Origin: Anolis carolinensis
Taxonomy: Eukaryota
Assembly (NCBI RefSeq): GCF_035594765.1
Contig: NW_026943824.1
Coordinates: 7,582,317 to 7,646,316 of the forward strand
DNA: 64,000 bases
Direction: 5' to 3'
The translations under genes were made by a program, and so were the position numbers. Below the pieces are notes generated by a model that saw only the letters and a list, made by a program, of their open reading frames with translations, had not been told where the DNA came from and ran no database searches. This document shows, one piece after another, positions 49,964-63,409 of this stretch. The first letter of the stretch is position 1, and each line of letters opens with the position of its first letter.

Positions 49964-51442
49964 GTGAGTAATAATAACACGATGTAAAATGATTTTTGTT
50001 CCTAGGTTATAAATGCCATTTCATAATTGGTTCTATCATAAAACACATGGGAAAAGTTTATTAAAATTGCAAAAAACAACCCCTTGTTTTTGCAGGATGG
50101 ACATCTTGCAGCACATTTTGCTCTTGTTATTCAATGAATATCTCATTGAGTCTCAACCAACTCAACATAGTTTGTGTAACATTTTCAAAACAGGGACAGA
50201 AAATGTTTCAATTTTTTTTACGTAACCTAGTAATAGTAATACTAATTAATCTCCTACCCGCCTCTCCCCAAGGTACTATATAACCCAGTATCAGATCCCA
50301 GATTATTCACTTTAAACTGGATTATATGAGTCTACATTGCCATATAATCCAGTTGAAAGCAAATAATCTGGGATCAGAAACTGGGTTATATGGCAGTATA
50401 GATCCAGCCCTAGTTAAAATACATAAAAGGCCATTAAAACACATACTGGGTCTACATTGACCATACAATGCAAATTCAAACTGCATTATGTGGCAATGTG
50501 GATGCAGCCTAAAACATGTTAAAATTATTCAAAGACTTGAGGTTGTCTGATGGACTTATTTCTGGAGACAGATTCTAAACCCACCTGTATAACAAAAGCA
50601 AGCTGAAATCCCTACAAATGTTTTGGAATGAATAGGAGGTTTTGCTTTCTCAAAGCAATCTGAGAGACTTTGAATTCCCCATTGCATGCACCAATAGAAC
50701 ATTTTGCATTATCGTAAATGGCGAAACACCACGTTGGCTCAATTTTATATGAAAATGTATTAAATGAAACAAGCCATTCTATAATGGGATAAACTTGGGG
50801 GTGGAATTGACGGACGAGGCACTCATACATTGAGAAGGAATGATCACAATGTTGTGTGGTCATAAATATAACACAGCAGTAGCACGTTAATCTAGTAATT
50901 CTACTGTAGAAATATTTCCAGTTAACCCTATAAATAAGGACACTCAGCTGGAGCCTTGCTCATGGCCTAAATATAGACAGTTTTACTCATCTGCTCCAAG
51001 AAGTCAGTGGGGAAGGGAAAAAAATAATCTCATATTAGAACCATAGGATCATAGATTTGGAAGGGACTCCAAGGACCATCTTATTAGTTGAAATAAGAAA
51101 GTTGCTGATATTTTATAATCATTTTAAGGTTGTTTTTTATATATATAGTCCATTTTCTTCCAAAATATTTACTTTTTGTTTTGTTTTGTTTTTTCGCTTT
51201 TCTAAATAAAAAAGTTGGTGGTTTTTCATCATTTTGCATGATTGGTTTCTCTGCCCATATACGATCTGACTCCAGGATGATTTCATTGAATATTGAAATC
51301 CTGCTTTTTTGTTGTTGTGTTTTTGCTTTTCTGAATAATAAAGTTAGTAGTTTTTCATGGGTTTCTCCCTTTATATTCTACCATTGTCCTGAGAAAACTT
51401 TAACTGAATGTCCTAATCCTGCCATTTTGGTGCTTTTCTCAG

Positions 51443-52190
51443 TTCCGCCGATTCCAGGAGGTCACCCTCCTCCGTCTCCAAGAGATTGCTGGGAACTATA
51501 ACGTCTCTTACAACATCGATGCCCGGTTCGAGCAGCTCTGGGACCGGCAGGAGGCCATGGGGGCCGCAGCCAACGCCAGCCAGGCCAACATGGAGGCCGA
51601 GCTCAACCAGCTGAAATCCTGGGCCAAGAGGTTTCAGCGCAAAGCCAAGAAGCAGGAGGTGGAAAGGAGGGAACAGGAGAAGGAAGCTCAGAAGGAGCAC
51701 GAGGCCTCTCTCTTAGCTAATCTGACCCAAGCAGTGGCCCTTTGCAATCAGGAGGGCCAGGCCAAGCTGGAAAGCCTCCAGAAAGTCATCGAAGGGCTCC
51801 AGGATGCCCTGAAAGTCCAAGGGAGCAAGATAGACGGACTGGAGCGACAGCTGAAGGAGAGTGCTGACCACAATGAGGTCCTCTTGCCCAGTCACTTGGC
51901 CGCAGCCCACCTTCTGAGCCAGGAGCCCCAGGCAGCCGGTGGCCAGAGACCCGCTTTGAGGAAGCTGCGGGCCAAGCACCGGCAAGGGGAGAAGCTGCAG
52001 CAGGAAAGCGTCCGGCTGGTGGCAGCTCAGATGCAAAGTAAAGTGATGGAGAGCGGGGCCCCTCTTGACCAGGAGGGAGCTCCAAAAGACATGCCCCCAG
52101 ATCCAGAGGAGCCCCCTCGCCCGGGACCACAGCCAGCCGCCCAGAATGAGAGGCAAAAGGCACCAGGAGCCACGCGGAGGCCAGGCACAA
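51443..52190 (+). CDS. PTX4: PTX4 exon 2 (coiled-coil region)
   Basis: FRRFQEVTL...GNYNVSYNID matches PTX4; 748 nt open; donor A|GTACGT. Confidence 0.9.
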
Positions 52191-52867
52191 GTACGTACCA
52201 AAGCATCCTTAGTCTCACCTACTTTGGGGCACATACACTGCCGAAGGAATGCAGTTTGAGACTACTTGAACTGCTATGGCTCAATGCCATGGGTTGTAGT
52301 TTGACAAGGCCTTGACCTGTCTCTGCCCAAGATTGCTGGTGCCTCATCAAACTCCCATGATTCTATAGCATTGTTGTTGTCATCATTTTAATTTAATCTC
52401 TCCTCCCTCCTTGCAGTCTGCAATGTGAGCTCCATTGCGGTCTTTCCCGCTATTACAGTAGAGTCTCACTTATCCAAGCTAAACGGGCCGGCAGAAGCTT
52501 GGATAAGCGAATATCTTGGATAATAAGGAGGGATTAAGGAAAAGCCTATTAAACATCAAATTAGGTTATGATTTTACAAATTAAGCGCCAAAACATCATG
52601 TTATACAACAAAAGTGACAGAAAAAGTAGTTCAATATGCAGTAATGTTATGTTGTAATTACTGTATTTACGAATTTAGCACCAAAATATCATGATATATT
52701 GAAAACATTGACTACAAAAATGGCTTGGATAATCCAGAAGCTTGGATAAGCGAGGCTTGGATAAGTGAGACTCTACTGTATTATTATTGTTATTGTCATT
52801 GTCCTTATTTCCTCTCTCCTCCCTCCCTTACTGCAATGTGGGCTTCATGCTAGTTTTCTCCAATGCA

Positions 52868-52915
<48 letters not shown>

Positions 52916-52957
52916 GTCATTATCATTATGTCCTGTTTCTTCCCTTCCTCCTCACAG

Positions 52958-53601
52958 TCTGCAACGTGGGCTCCATGCTCGTCTTCCCCAACAATTCCAC
53001 GGAGAGCTTTGCCTCCTTCGGGCCATCCTTCCTCCCGGCTGCTCTGCTGGAGCTGAGCCTCTGTGGCTGGGTTCACACGGGGGCCGGCTACTTGGGCACG
53101 ATCCTGTCTTATGCCACGGAGGAGAATGACAACAAGTTGGTGCTCCATGGCCGGGACGCGGCCCCCCGCAGCACCATCCACTTTGTCATCGGGGACCCCG
53201 CTTTCCGGGAGCTTCCTGTAGGGCGCCTCTTGGATGGGGCCTGGCACCACTTCTGCGTCATCTGGTCCTCCCTCCAGGGCCGCTACTGGTTCTACGTGGA
53301 CCGGAGGGTGGTCTCGGTGGGCTCCCACTTCCGCAAGGGCTATGAGATCCCCTCGGGAGGGTCACTGATCCTAGGCCAGGAGCAGGACAGCCTTGGAGGT
53401 GGGTTCGAAGCCTCCGAATCATTCGTGGGATCCTTGGCAGGGCTGGCACTGTGGGACCGGGCTCTAACACCCGGGGAGGTCTCCGGAATGGCGATCGGGA
53501 ACGGCGTTCCCCGAGGACCCCTCCTCACTTTGGCCAATGTCTCCACGCTCCATGGGTCAGTGAAGAAGGTGGAGTGCGCCTGCCTTGAACACTGCCTTTG
53601 A
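52958..53601 (+). CDS. PTX4: PTX4 exon 3 (pentraxin domain)
   Basis: Pentraxin signature WHHFCVIWSS and LILGQEQDSLGGGF; AATAAA at 54398. Confidence 0.94.
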
Positions 53602-56446
53602 AAGAAAAAGGGACGTATGGCATGGGCCAAAAACCTCTAGGATGCAGCTTCCAGGGGTCCCACAGAAACAATCCTGCCAAAGCAGGCATGAGCAAGGATG
53701 TTTGGCCCCGATCTTCTCATCATCTCTGATCCATGAATGATGCTCTCATTTCCATATATATATATGTGTGTGTGTGTGTAGTTTTAATTGGTCCAGAGTA
53801 TATAAAGGGTTGCAAACAGGCTCAGACTATAAAGGGTTGCAAACAGAGAATGGCAAAAATCCAATTGCATTACTAAGCGCTTCATTTTTGAGTGTAGAAA
53901 AAAGTGTTGGACCAAGCACTCTTGTTTGCAGAATATGTATGTGTGTGTGTGTATTAAATTGGATGTATATTAAATTGAAAGGTTCAGGTAATGGGTGCCT
54001 CTACATTATATAGAATTTATGCTATTTGACCCCATTTTAACTGCCATGGCTCAAGTACTATGCAATTGTGAGCTCTGTAGTTTCATACTGACTTTAGAAG
54101 TCATAGCTATTGGTTTTAATTGGTTTTAACTTTGTTTCTAAAACCATGAACATGTAATTCTATTTTAATGTTTGTATATTTATAGGTTTTATATCATTTT
54201 GACTGGTTTTACTGTATGCTGCTTTGAGTCTCTTTTTTAGAGAGATAGAGAGGTACAAAGAAAGAAGTAGAGGAAGAAGACAATGGCATGCGACTTGGAC
54301 ATTTGTTGGAAATAATGCTTCTTTCAAGTGCCCTAAATGCCCTTTTCTGAAGAAGTAACTGCAAATAATCGGGGGAGGGGAGGAAGTTTAATGCATCAAT
54401 AAAGTTACTTTATTCCTCACTCATGACCTCATTGGATCTTCATTTTGTCCCCCATCGGGTGAGACCAAGAGGGAAAGAGCTCTGGAATTGGCTTGGCCCG
54501 TTTTCCTTCTTGATGTCAAGAGGGAAGCAAAGTTACACTGCTCGTTTAAGGCGGGCCACGTCTCTGGAAAAAAATGGATCAAGATGGAAAGTCAGGCTTG
54601 GATGAGGAGGAGGATGAAGGGATGCTGATCTTGAGTCATGGGCCTTCTCTTGGCTCCTGATTTCTACTATTTAAATATTCACTTCCCCCATTGCAAGCTA
54701 AATTTGCTAAAAATAATAATTTTAAAATTATTAATTACTAATTAAATGTTATTGATTCCACAATTGCAGGAGGTTATGGGTGAGTCCTAATATAGGGTGC
54801 CCCCAATGTATATTTACGATAAAATTAAATAATTCAAGGATTACAATGTGTGTATATGTACAGTATGTCTGTATACATGTGTGCATACGTGTGTGTATAA
54901 ATGTATATACAGTAGAGTCTTGCTTATCCAACATTCGCTTATCCAACGTTCTGGATTATCCAGCGCAGTCTGCCTTTTAGTAGACTATGTTTTTGTAGTG
55001 AATCTTTTCAATACATTGTGATGTTTTGGTGCTGAATTCATAAATACAGTAATTACTACATAACATTGCTGTGTATTGAACTGCTTTTTCTGTTGATTTG
55101 TTGTAAGACGTGATGTTTTGGTGCTTAATTTGTAAAATTATGTTTAATAGGCTTTTCCTTAATCCCACCTTATTATCCAACATATTCACTTATCCAATGT
55201 TCTGCCGGCCCATTTATATTGGATAAGTGAGACTCTACTGTATATGTATAAATGTATGTATGCATATGTGTGTATATATGTGGATAAATTTGTATGTATG
55301 CATGTGAATATACAGTAGACTCTCGCTTATCCAACAGAAACGGGCCGGCAGAATGTTGGATAAGCGAATATGTTGGATAATAAGGAGAGATCAAGAAAAC
55401 GCCTATTAAACATCAAAATAGGTTATGATTTTACAAATTAAGCACCAAAACATCATGTTATACAACAAATTTGACAGAAAAAGTAGTTCATTACACATTA
55501 ATGCTATGTAGTAATTACCGTATTAATGAATTTAGCACCAAAATATCACGATGTATTGAAAACATTGACTACAAAAATGCATTGGATAATCCAGAACGTT
55601 GGATAAGTGAGACTCTACTGTATATGTGTATATGTATATACCGTATGTGTATAAATGTGTATGTATATATGTGTGCATATATGTATAAATGTGTATGAAT
55701 GTATATGCGTGTAATAAATGTGTATATATGTGTGTATATGTTTATATGTATATAAATGTGTATGTATTTATGTGTGTGTGTATATATGAGCCAGGAAGAT
55801 AGTTCCATCTTGTCTCCTATGCCATAGCAACATGCTATATATATAATATACAATAATTTATAAATATACAATATATTGTATGTACTTATAATATTGATAA
55901 TATTATAATGTAATACAATATACTAATTAATAATACAATAAAATATTTATATTATATATTAAATGTAATATTACTAATAATATTACCATAAAATTATATA
56001 GTACAATATAGTAATTTAATGCTTATATTGTGCTATGCTAATAATATATTGTATGTACATTTGATTTGTAAGCCGCTCCGAATCCCCTTCGGGATGAGAA
56101 GAGCGGCATATAAATGTAGTAAATAAATAAATAATATAATATAATATAAAAAAAAAACTTTACAGTAGAGTCTCACTTATCCAAGCGAAACGGGCCGGCA
56201 GAAGCTTGGATAAGCGAATATCTTGGATAATAAGGAGGGATTAAGGAGTAGCCTATTAAACATCAAATTAGGTTATGATTTTACAAATTAAGCACCAAAA
56301 CATCATGTTAGACAACACATTTGACAGAAAAAGTACTTCAATACACAGTAATGTTATGTTGTAATTACTGAATTTACGAATTTAGCACCAAAATATCACG
56401 ATATATTGAAAACATTGATTACAAAAATGGCTTGGATTATCTAGAG

Positions 56447-57219
56447 CAGGGGTCCCCAAACTAAGGCCCGGGGGCCGGATGCGGCCCTCCAAGGTCATTT
56501 ACCTGGCCCCTGCCCTCAGTTTTATAATATAATTTTTATATCAGTTTTAATAATATAATAATATTATATATACATATAATATTGATAGAAATATTACAAT
56601 GTAATACAATGTAATACTAATAATAATACCATATAATAATATTAATTATATATTCTATATTACATATAATATTACTAATAATATTACAGTATAGAGGTAC
56701 AGCTCAATATAGTAATATATAATGCTAATATTGTGCTATGCTAATAATATAATATATTGTATGTACATATAATTTGTAAGCCACTCTGAGTCCCCTTTGG
56801 GGTGAGAAGGGTGTGATACAAATGTAGTAAATAAATGCAGTAAATAATAAATAAATAAATAAATAAATAAATTTTAGACTTAGGCTCGCCCAAAGTCTGA
56901 AATGACTTGAAGGCACACAACAACAACAACAACAACAACAACCCTAATTAACTTGACTATCTCATTGGCCAGAAGCAGGACCACACTTCCCATTGAAATC
57001 CTGATAAATGTATGTTGGTTAAAATTGTTTTTATTTTTAAATATTGTATTGTTCTTTCATTGTTCTTGTTGTTGTTGTTGTTGTTTTTGCACTACAAATA
57101 AGACATATGCAGTGTGCATCGGAATTTGTTTGTATTTTTTTTTCAAATGATAATCCGGCCCCTCAACAGTCTGAAGGATTGTGGACCGGCCCTTGGCTTA
57201 AAAAGTTTGGGGACCCCTG
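56447..57219 (+). mobile_element. Non-autonomous hAT element nested in a Tc1 MITE
   Basis: TIR CAGGGGTCCCCAAACT, TSD atctagag. Confidence 0.88.
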
Positions 57220-57439
57220 ATCTAGAGGCTTGGATAAGCGAGGCTTGAATAAGTGAGACTCTACTGTATTTTTATTCCGCCCTATCTCCTCGAAGGGACT
57301 CATACATATATGGAGAAAGAGACAGATATATAATGTTACCCATAACCACTTGTAATTCTGGAATCCTTCCTTTCCAATCCTTCCTGTGCGCCTCCTCCTC
57401 TTTGGCCTCGCCTGCCCTGGGGACTCCATTTCCCGTGAT

Positions 57440-57585
57440 GCTCCGGGAGGCAGGGGCATCACGTGACACCTTTCTTCCCCTCCCTTATCTTGGCCCCGCC
57501 CCTTTCCCGCTCACTCCCTCCCTCCGCGGCCGGGTCACATGACGGCGGGCCTCTTTCGCCTGCCGGCTTCCCCTCAGCCGCGGCG
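57440..57585 (+). promoter_or_regulatory. CLCN7 promoter with CLEAR/M-box E-boxes
   Basis: ATCACGTGAC at 57458-57467, GTCACATGAC at 57534-57543, GC box between them. Confidence 0.75.
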
Positions 57586-57690
57586 ATGGCGAACGTCTCG
57601 AAGAAGGTGTCCTGGTCCGGCCGGGAGCGGGAGGCCGAGGGCCGCGGGGAGGGCACGCCCCTCCTGCTCAACGGCGCCAGAGGGAGGCAG
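57586..57690 (+). CDS. CLCN7: H+/Cl- exchanger ClC-7 exon 1
   Basis: MANVSKKVSWSGR...EGTPLL, donor CAG|GTGAGG; downstream of PTX4 as in human. Confidence 0.93.
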
Positions 57691-57715
57691 GTGAGGCGGC
57701 GACGGGGAACCCCAA

Positions 57716-57907
57716 ATGGGGAGACTTGGGCCCTCCCTTCAGGTGTTTTGGACTACAACTCCCAGCATTCCTCACAGCCTCAGGCCCTTTCCTTTTCCCC
57801 CTCAGCCGCTTAAGCGGCTGAGGGGGAAAAGGAAGGGGCCTGAGGCTGTGAGGAATGCTGGGAGTTGTAGTCCAAAACACCTGAAGGGAGGGCCCAAGTC
57901 TCCCCAT
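57716..57907. repeat. 192-bp palindrome (fold-back MITE-like)
   Basis: 96-bp arms, centre CTT|AAG at 57811/57812, one mismatch. Confidence 0.92.
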
Positions 57908-58199
57908 GACTGATCCACCCTTTGGCTGAGTATCAGATGGTCACCAAGCAGCCTCTGATGAAAAGCCTTCCATTGTTTACAGGGGGAAATCACATGCTTT
58001 TGAGAAAAAATGGAAAGAGTCATATGAGGCAAATAAGGAGAAGGAATGCCGCTTGAATCGCCCAGTGCTATGGGCCCCTGGGAGTTGTAGTTTGGCCGAG
58101 GTCTTCATAGCCTTCTTTGCCAAAGGCAACTGGGCCTCGCCAAACAACAACCTAAAGATGAGGAAGAACTTCCTAACGATTTATTAGACAATAAGACAG

Positions 58200-61100
58200 A
58201 TTCAGAGTCTCCTTCTCTGGAGGTTTTTTTCCCAATAGGCTGGGTGATCATCTGTCAGGAAGGATCAGATGGTGCCTTGCTTGGAAGCAGAGGGGGGGTT
58301 GGACTGGATGGCCCTTGGGGTCTCTTTTAACACTAGCATTCAATGATATACTTATCATAGATATCTCTTATTCATTATCTCTCTTTCCAAATCTTATCTA
58401 TGGCTGGATGGCCATCTGTCGGGAGGGATCGGATGACGCCTTGCTTGGAAGCAGAAGGGGGTTAGACCAGATGGCCCTTGAAGTCTCTTCCAACGCTAGC
58501 ATTCAATGAAGTACCTATTACGGATATCTTTCATTTGTTATCGCGCTTTCCAAATCATATCTATGGCTGGATGGCCATCTGTCGGGAGGGATTGGATGGT
58601 GCCTTGCTTTGTTGCAGGAGGGGGTTGGACTGGATGGCCCTTGAGGTCTCTTCCAACTCTAGGATTCAATGAAGTACTTCTTACGGATATCTCTCATTTG
58701 TTATCTCTCTTTCCAAATCATATCTATGGCTGGATGGCCATCTGTCAGGAGGGATCGGATGACGCCTTGCTTGGAAGCAGAAGGGGGTTGGACTGGATGG
58801 CCCTTGAGGTCTCTTCCAACTCTAGGATTCAATGATATACCTATCATAGATATCTCTTATTCATTATCTCTTTTTCCTAATCATAACTATGACTGGATGG
58901 TCATCTGTCGGGAGGGATCGGATGACACCTTGCTTGGAAGCAGAAGGGGGTTGGACTGGATGGCCCTTCATAGATATCTCTTATTCATTATCTCTCTTTC
59001 CTAATCATATCTATGGCTGGATGGTCATCTGTCAGGAGGGATCAGATGGCGCCTTGCTTGGAAGCGGAAGGGGGTTGGACTAGATGGCCCTTGGGGTCTC
59101 TTTTAGCACTAGCATTCAATTTTAGTACTAGCATACCTATCATAGATATCTCTTATTCATTATCTCTCTTTCCAAATCTTATCTATGGCTGGATGGCCAT
59201 CTGTCGGGAGGGATCGGATGACGCCTTGCTTGGAAGCAGAAGGGGGTTAGACCAGATGGCCCTTGAAGTCTCTTCCAACGCTAGCATTCAATGAAGTACC
59301 TATTCCGGATATCTTTCATTTGTTATCGCGCTTTCCAAATCATATCTATGGCTGGATGGCCATCTGTCGGGAGGGATTGGATGGTGCCTTGCTTTGTTGC
59401 AGGAGGGGGTTGGACTGGATGGCCCTTGAGGTCTCTTCCAACTCTAGGATTCAATGAAGTACTTCTTACGGATATCTCTCATTTGTTATCTCTCTTTCCA
59501 AATCATATCTATGGCTGGATGGCCATCTGTCAGGAGGGATCGGATGACGCCTTGCTTGGAAGCAGAAGGGGGTTGGACTGGATGGCCCTTGAGGTCTCTT
59601 CCAACTCTAGGATTCAATGATATACCTATCATAGATATCTCTTATTCATTATCTCTTTTTCCTAATCATAACTATGACTGGATGGTCATCTGTCGGGAGG
59701 GATCGGATGACACCTTGCTTGGAAGCAGAAGGGGGTTGGACTGGATGGCCCTTCATAGATATCTCTTATTCATTATCTCTCTTTCCTAATCATATCTATG
59801 GCTGGATGGTCATCTGTCAGGAGGGATCAGATGGCGCCTTGCTTGGAAGCAGAAGGGGGTTAGACTGGATGGCCCTTGGGGTCTCTTCCAACTCTAGGAT
59901 TCAGTGATATACCTATCATAGATATCTCTTATTCATTATCTCGCTTTCCAAATCTTATCTATGGCTGGATGGTCATCTTTCGGGAGGGATCGGATGGTGC
60001 CTTGCTTGGAAGCAGAAGGGGGTTGGACTGGATGGCCCTTGGGGTCTCTTCCAACTCTAGGATTCAATGATATACCTATCATAGATATCTCTTATTCATT
60101 ATCTCTCTTTCCAAATCTTATCTGTGGCTGGACAGTCATCTGTTGAGAGGGATCGGATGGTGCCCTGCTTTGTAGCAGGAGGGGGTTGGACTGGATGGCC
60201 CTTGGGGTCTCTTCCAAATCTAGGATTCAAAGATATACCTATCAACAACCACAATTCACTGTTTTAATTGTATATTTATATTACATGCAAAATTACAAAT
60301 AATATTGCAGTATAGTTGTATAATATATTATATGTATATATACTTGTAAACCGCCCTGAGTCCCCTTTGGGGTGAGAAGGGCGGGATATAAATGTCACAA
60401 ATAAATAAATAAACAAATACCATAGATATCTCTTATTCATTATCTCTCTTTCCAAATCATATCTATGGCTCTGTCAGGAGGGATCGGATGGTGCCTTGCT
60501 TTGTAGCAGAAGGGGGTTGGACTGGATGGCCCTTGGGGTCTCTTCCAACTCTAGGATTCAATGATATACCTATCATAGATATCTCTTATTCATTATCTCT
60601 CTTTCCAAATCTTATCTATGGCTGGACGGTCATCTGTTGAGAGGGATCGGATGGTGCCTTGCTTTGTAGCAGGAGGGGGTTGGACCAGATGGCCCTTGAA
60701 GCTTCTTCCAACGCTAGCATTCAATGAAGTACCTATTACGGATATCTCTCATTTGTTATCTCTCTTTCTAAATCATATCTGTGGCTGGATGGCCATCTGT
60801 CAGGAGGGATCAGATGGTGCCTTGCTTTGTAGCAGGAGGGGGTTGGACCAGATGGCCCTTGAAGCTTCTTCCAACGCTAGCATTCAATGAAGTACCTATT
60901 ACGGATATCTCTCATTTGTTATCTCTCTTTCTAAATCATATCTGTGGCTGGATGGCCATCTGTCAGGAGGGATCAGATGGTGCCTTGCTTTGTAGCAGGA
61001 GGGGGTTGGACCAGATGGCCCTTGAAGCTTCTTCCAACGCTAGCATTCATTGAAGTACCTATTACGGATATCTCTCATTTGTTATCTCTCTTTCCAAGTC

Positions 61101-61375
61101 ATATCTATGGCTAGATGGCCATCTGTCGGGAGGGATCAGATGATGCCTTGCTTTGTAGCAGGAGGGGGTTGGACTGGATGGTCCTTGAGGTCTCTTCCAA
61201 CTCTGGGATTCAATGATATACCTATCATAGATATCTCTTATTTGTTATCTCTCTTTCCAAATCCTATCTATGGCTGGATGGCCATCTGTCGGGAGGGATC
61301 GGATGATGCCTTGCTTTGTAGCAGAAGGGGGTTGGACTGGATGGCTCTTGGGGTCTCTTCTAACTTTAGAATCCA
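58200..61375 (+). repeat. ~163-bp tandem repeat built from a CR1 3' end, with a 785-bp higher-order duplication
   Basis: Unit contains ggctggatggccatctgtc...gggggttggactggatggccctt...tcttccaactct; near-identical ORFs recur at +163 and +785. Confidence 0.92.
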
Positions 61376-62047
61376 GCTGGTAGGCTGTTGGGAATTGTGA
61401 GAATTGAAGTCCAAAACACCTGGAGAGCTGAAGTTTTCCCATGCCTGATGTAGATGCTTCTTTTTTTTCTTTTTCTTTTTTTGGCCTTATTTTTGGGAGC
61501 GGTCCTCTTGTGCAAGAAGGGACTTGTTGGTGCCGTATTGTGCAATGTGTGTGCCGCCATCAAGGATTTCCCATGGACTGAGAGAGGAGGAAGCGAAGTT
61601 GCTAATAATAATAATAATATTTCTCCAGTCCTTTGGGCACTGTTTTTCTCCCTCCCCATCTCTATAGGTGAACCTACACTGCAGAATGAATGCAGTGTGG
61701 TCCAACTGAAATACTGTGTGATCCCAGGAGTGATAATTTGGTGTGGCCTCAGAAGAGAAAGTGCAAGGCTTCTGAAACTACATCCAAATGGGATCAGAGT
61801 CCGAATCCTCTCTCAAGAAACACACCTTAGGCTGGTCACACTCTCATCCTCCAAGAAAGACACCATCTCAGTATTATTTTTCCCCAGAAATAAAAAACAA
61901 AAACCCCTAGGAATCCACTGGAAGGTCTAGAACATGATCATTTCGATAGAACACCATAAAAGTTCTGGATCAAACCTAGACAGTCGCCACTGCATCTGCA
62001 CACAATGAAATGTGTATAATATTTCTTTTCTCTTTCTGCCCCTTCAG

Positions 62048-62119
62048 CTTTCATCCTCCTCCTCCTCTTCGCGGCTTGGAGGCCTGAGCAACGTGGACCT
62101 CAGTGATGACCAGGAACCG
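62048..62119 (+). CDS. CLCN7: CLCN7 exon 2 (gene continues beyond the window)
   Basis: 72 nt phase-0 exon LSSSSSSSRLGGLSNVDLSDDQEP, long polypyrimidine acceptor, donor GTCAGT. Confidence 0.78.
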
Positions 62120-62181
62120 GTCAGTCTAAGGGACCAAGGGGCTATGCTAGCCCTGCAAGGCAGGCCAAAATATATTATATA

Positions 62182-62637
62182 CTAGCTGTGCCTGGCCACG
62201 CGTTGCTGTGGCAAAGTGGTGGTGGTATTGGTTAAAAATTGTTGTGTAATTTTTATTTGATGTTATTTGCATTTTTTTATTAATTTTATTGTAAGTTATA
62301 TTTTTATTTATTATATTTTATTATTTTCTTGTATTATTTTTAGTTATTTTCTGTTATTATAGTATTTTATTGTATCAATTTTTAGTGTTTTTTATTATTT
62401 TTAATTGAGTTGCTAGGAGACCAAGTTGGAGGAGCTTAGCCTTCTAACTGGCAGCAATTGGATAGAAGCAATTATTCCTCTCTCTCTAATTATGACTTTA
62501 TTTTTCTTTTCTTTTTGTTGTATCAACCTAGAGGCGTGGATGATGGGTTGTGTTGTCAAATTTCAAGGTTGGGGGGCCTGTAGTTTTGTTGTTTTGTGGG
62601 TCGCCGTGATGCCATCACTCTTTTATATATATATAGA
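62182..62637 (-). mobile_element. Non-autonomous Helitron
   Basis: TC...hairpin-CTAG ends, AT target. Confidence 0.75.
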
Positions 62638-62800
62638 TTAAATGTAATATTACCAATAATATTACCATATAATGATATACTACAATATACTAATTTAACG
62701 CTTATTGTGCTATGCTAATAATATATTGTATGTACATTTGATTTGTAAGCCGTTCTGAGTCCCCTCCGGGGTGAGAAGAGCGGGATATAAATGTAGTAAA

Positions 62801-62831
<31 letters not shown>

Positions 62832-63409
62832 TAAATATAAATAAAAGGGTCCAATTAATGCAGGTTGACCCTGCTTGAACTGGCTCAAGACTGTGGGATC
62901 CTGGGAATTGTAGTTTGACATGGTCTGTGACTTTCTCTGCCAAAGAGTGCCAAACTACAGCTCCCGGGATTCCATGGTATTGAGCTGTGGCAGTTCAAGA
63001 GGTACTGAATTCCATATGTGTAGGTGTGTGTATGTTTACATACAGTAGAGTCTCGCTTATCCAACGTAAATGGGCCGGCAGAATGTTAGATAAGCGAATA
63101 TGTTGGATAATAAGGAGAGATTAGGGAAAAGCCTATTAAACACCAAATTAGGTTATGATTTTACAAATTAAGCACCAAAACATCATGTTATACAACAAAT
63201 TTGACAGAAAAAGTAGTTCAATAGTAATGCTATGTAGTAATTACTATATTTACGAATTTAGCACCAAAATATTAGGATGTATTGAAAACATTGACTACAA
63301 AAATGCATTGGATAATCCAGAATGTTGGATAAGTGAGACTCTACATACATATATGTATATATATGTATACACACACACATGCAAATATATGTTTATACAT
63401 ATGAATATA

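Noticed and set aside
58315-61400. Family of repeated short ORFs (MAGWPSVGRD...)
   Set aside because: CR1-derived tandem repeat with no splice or coding signal.
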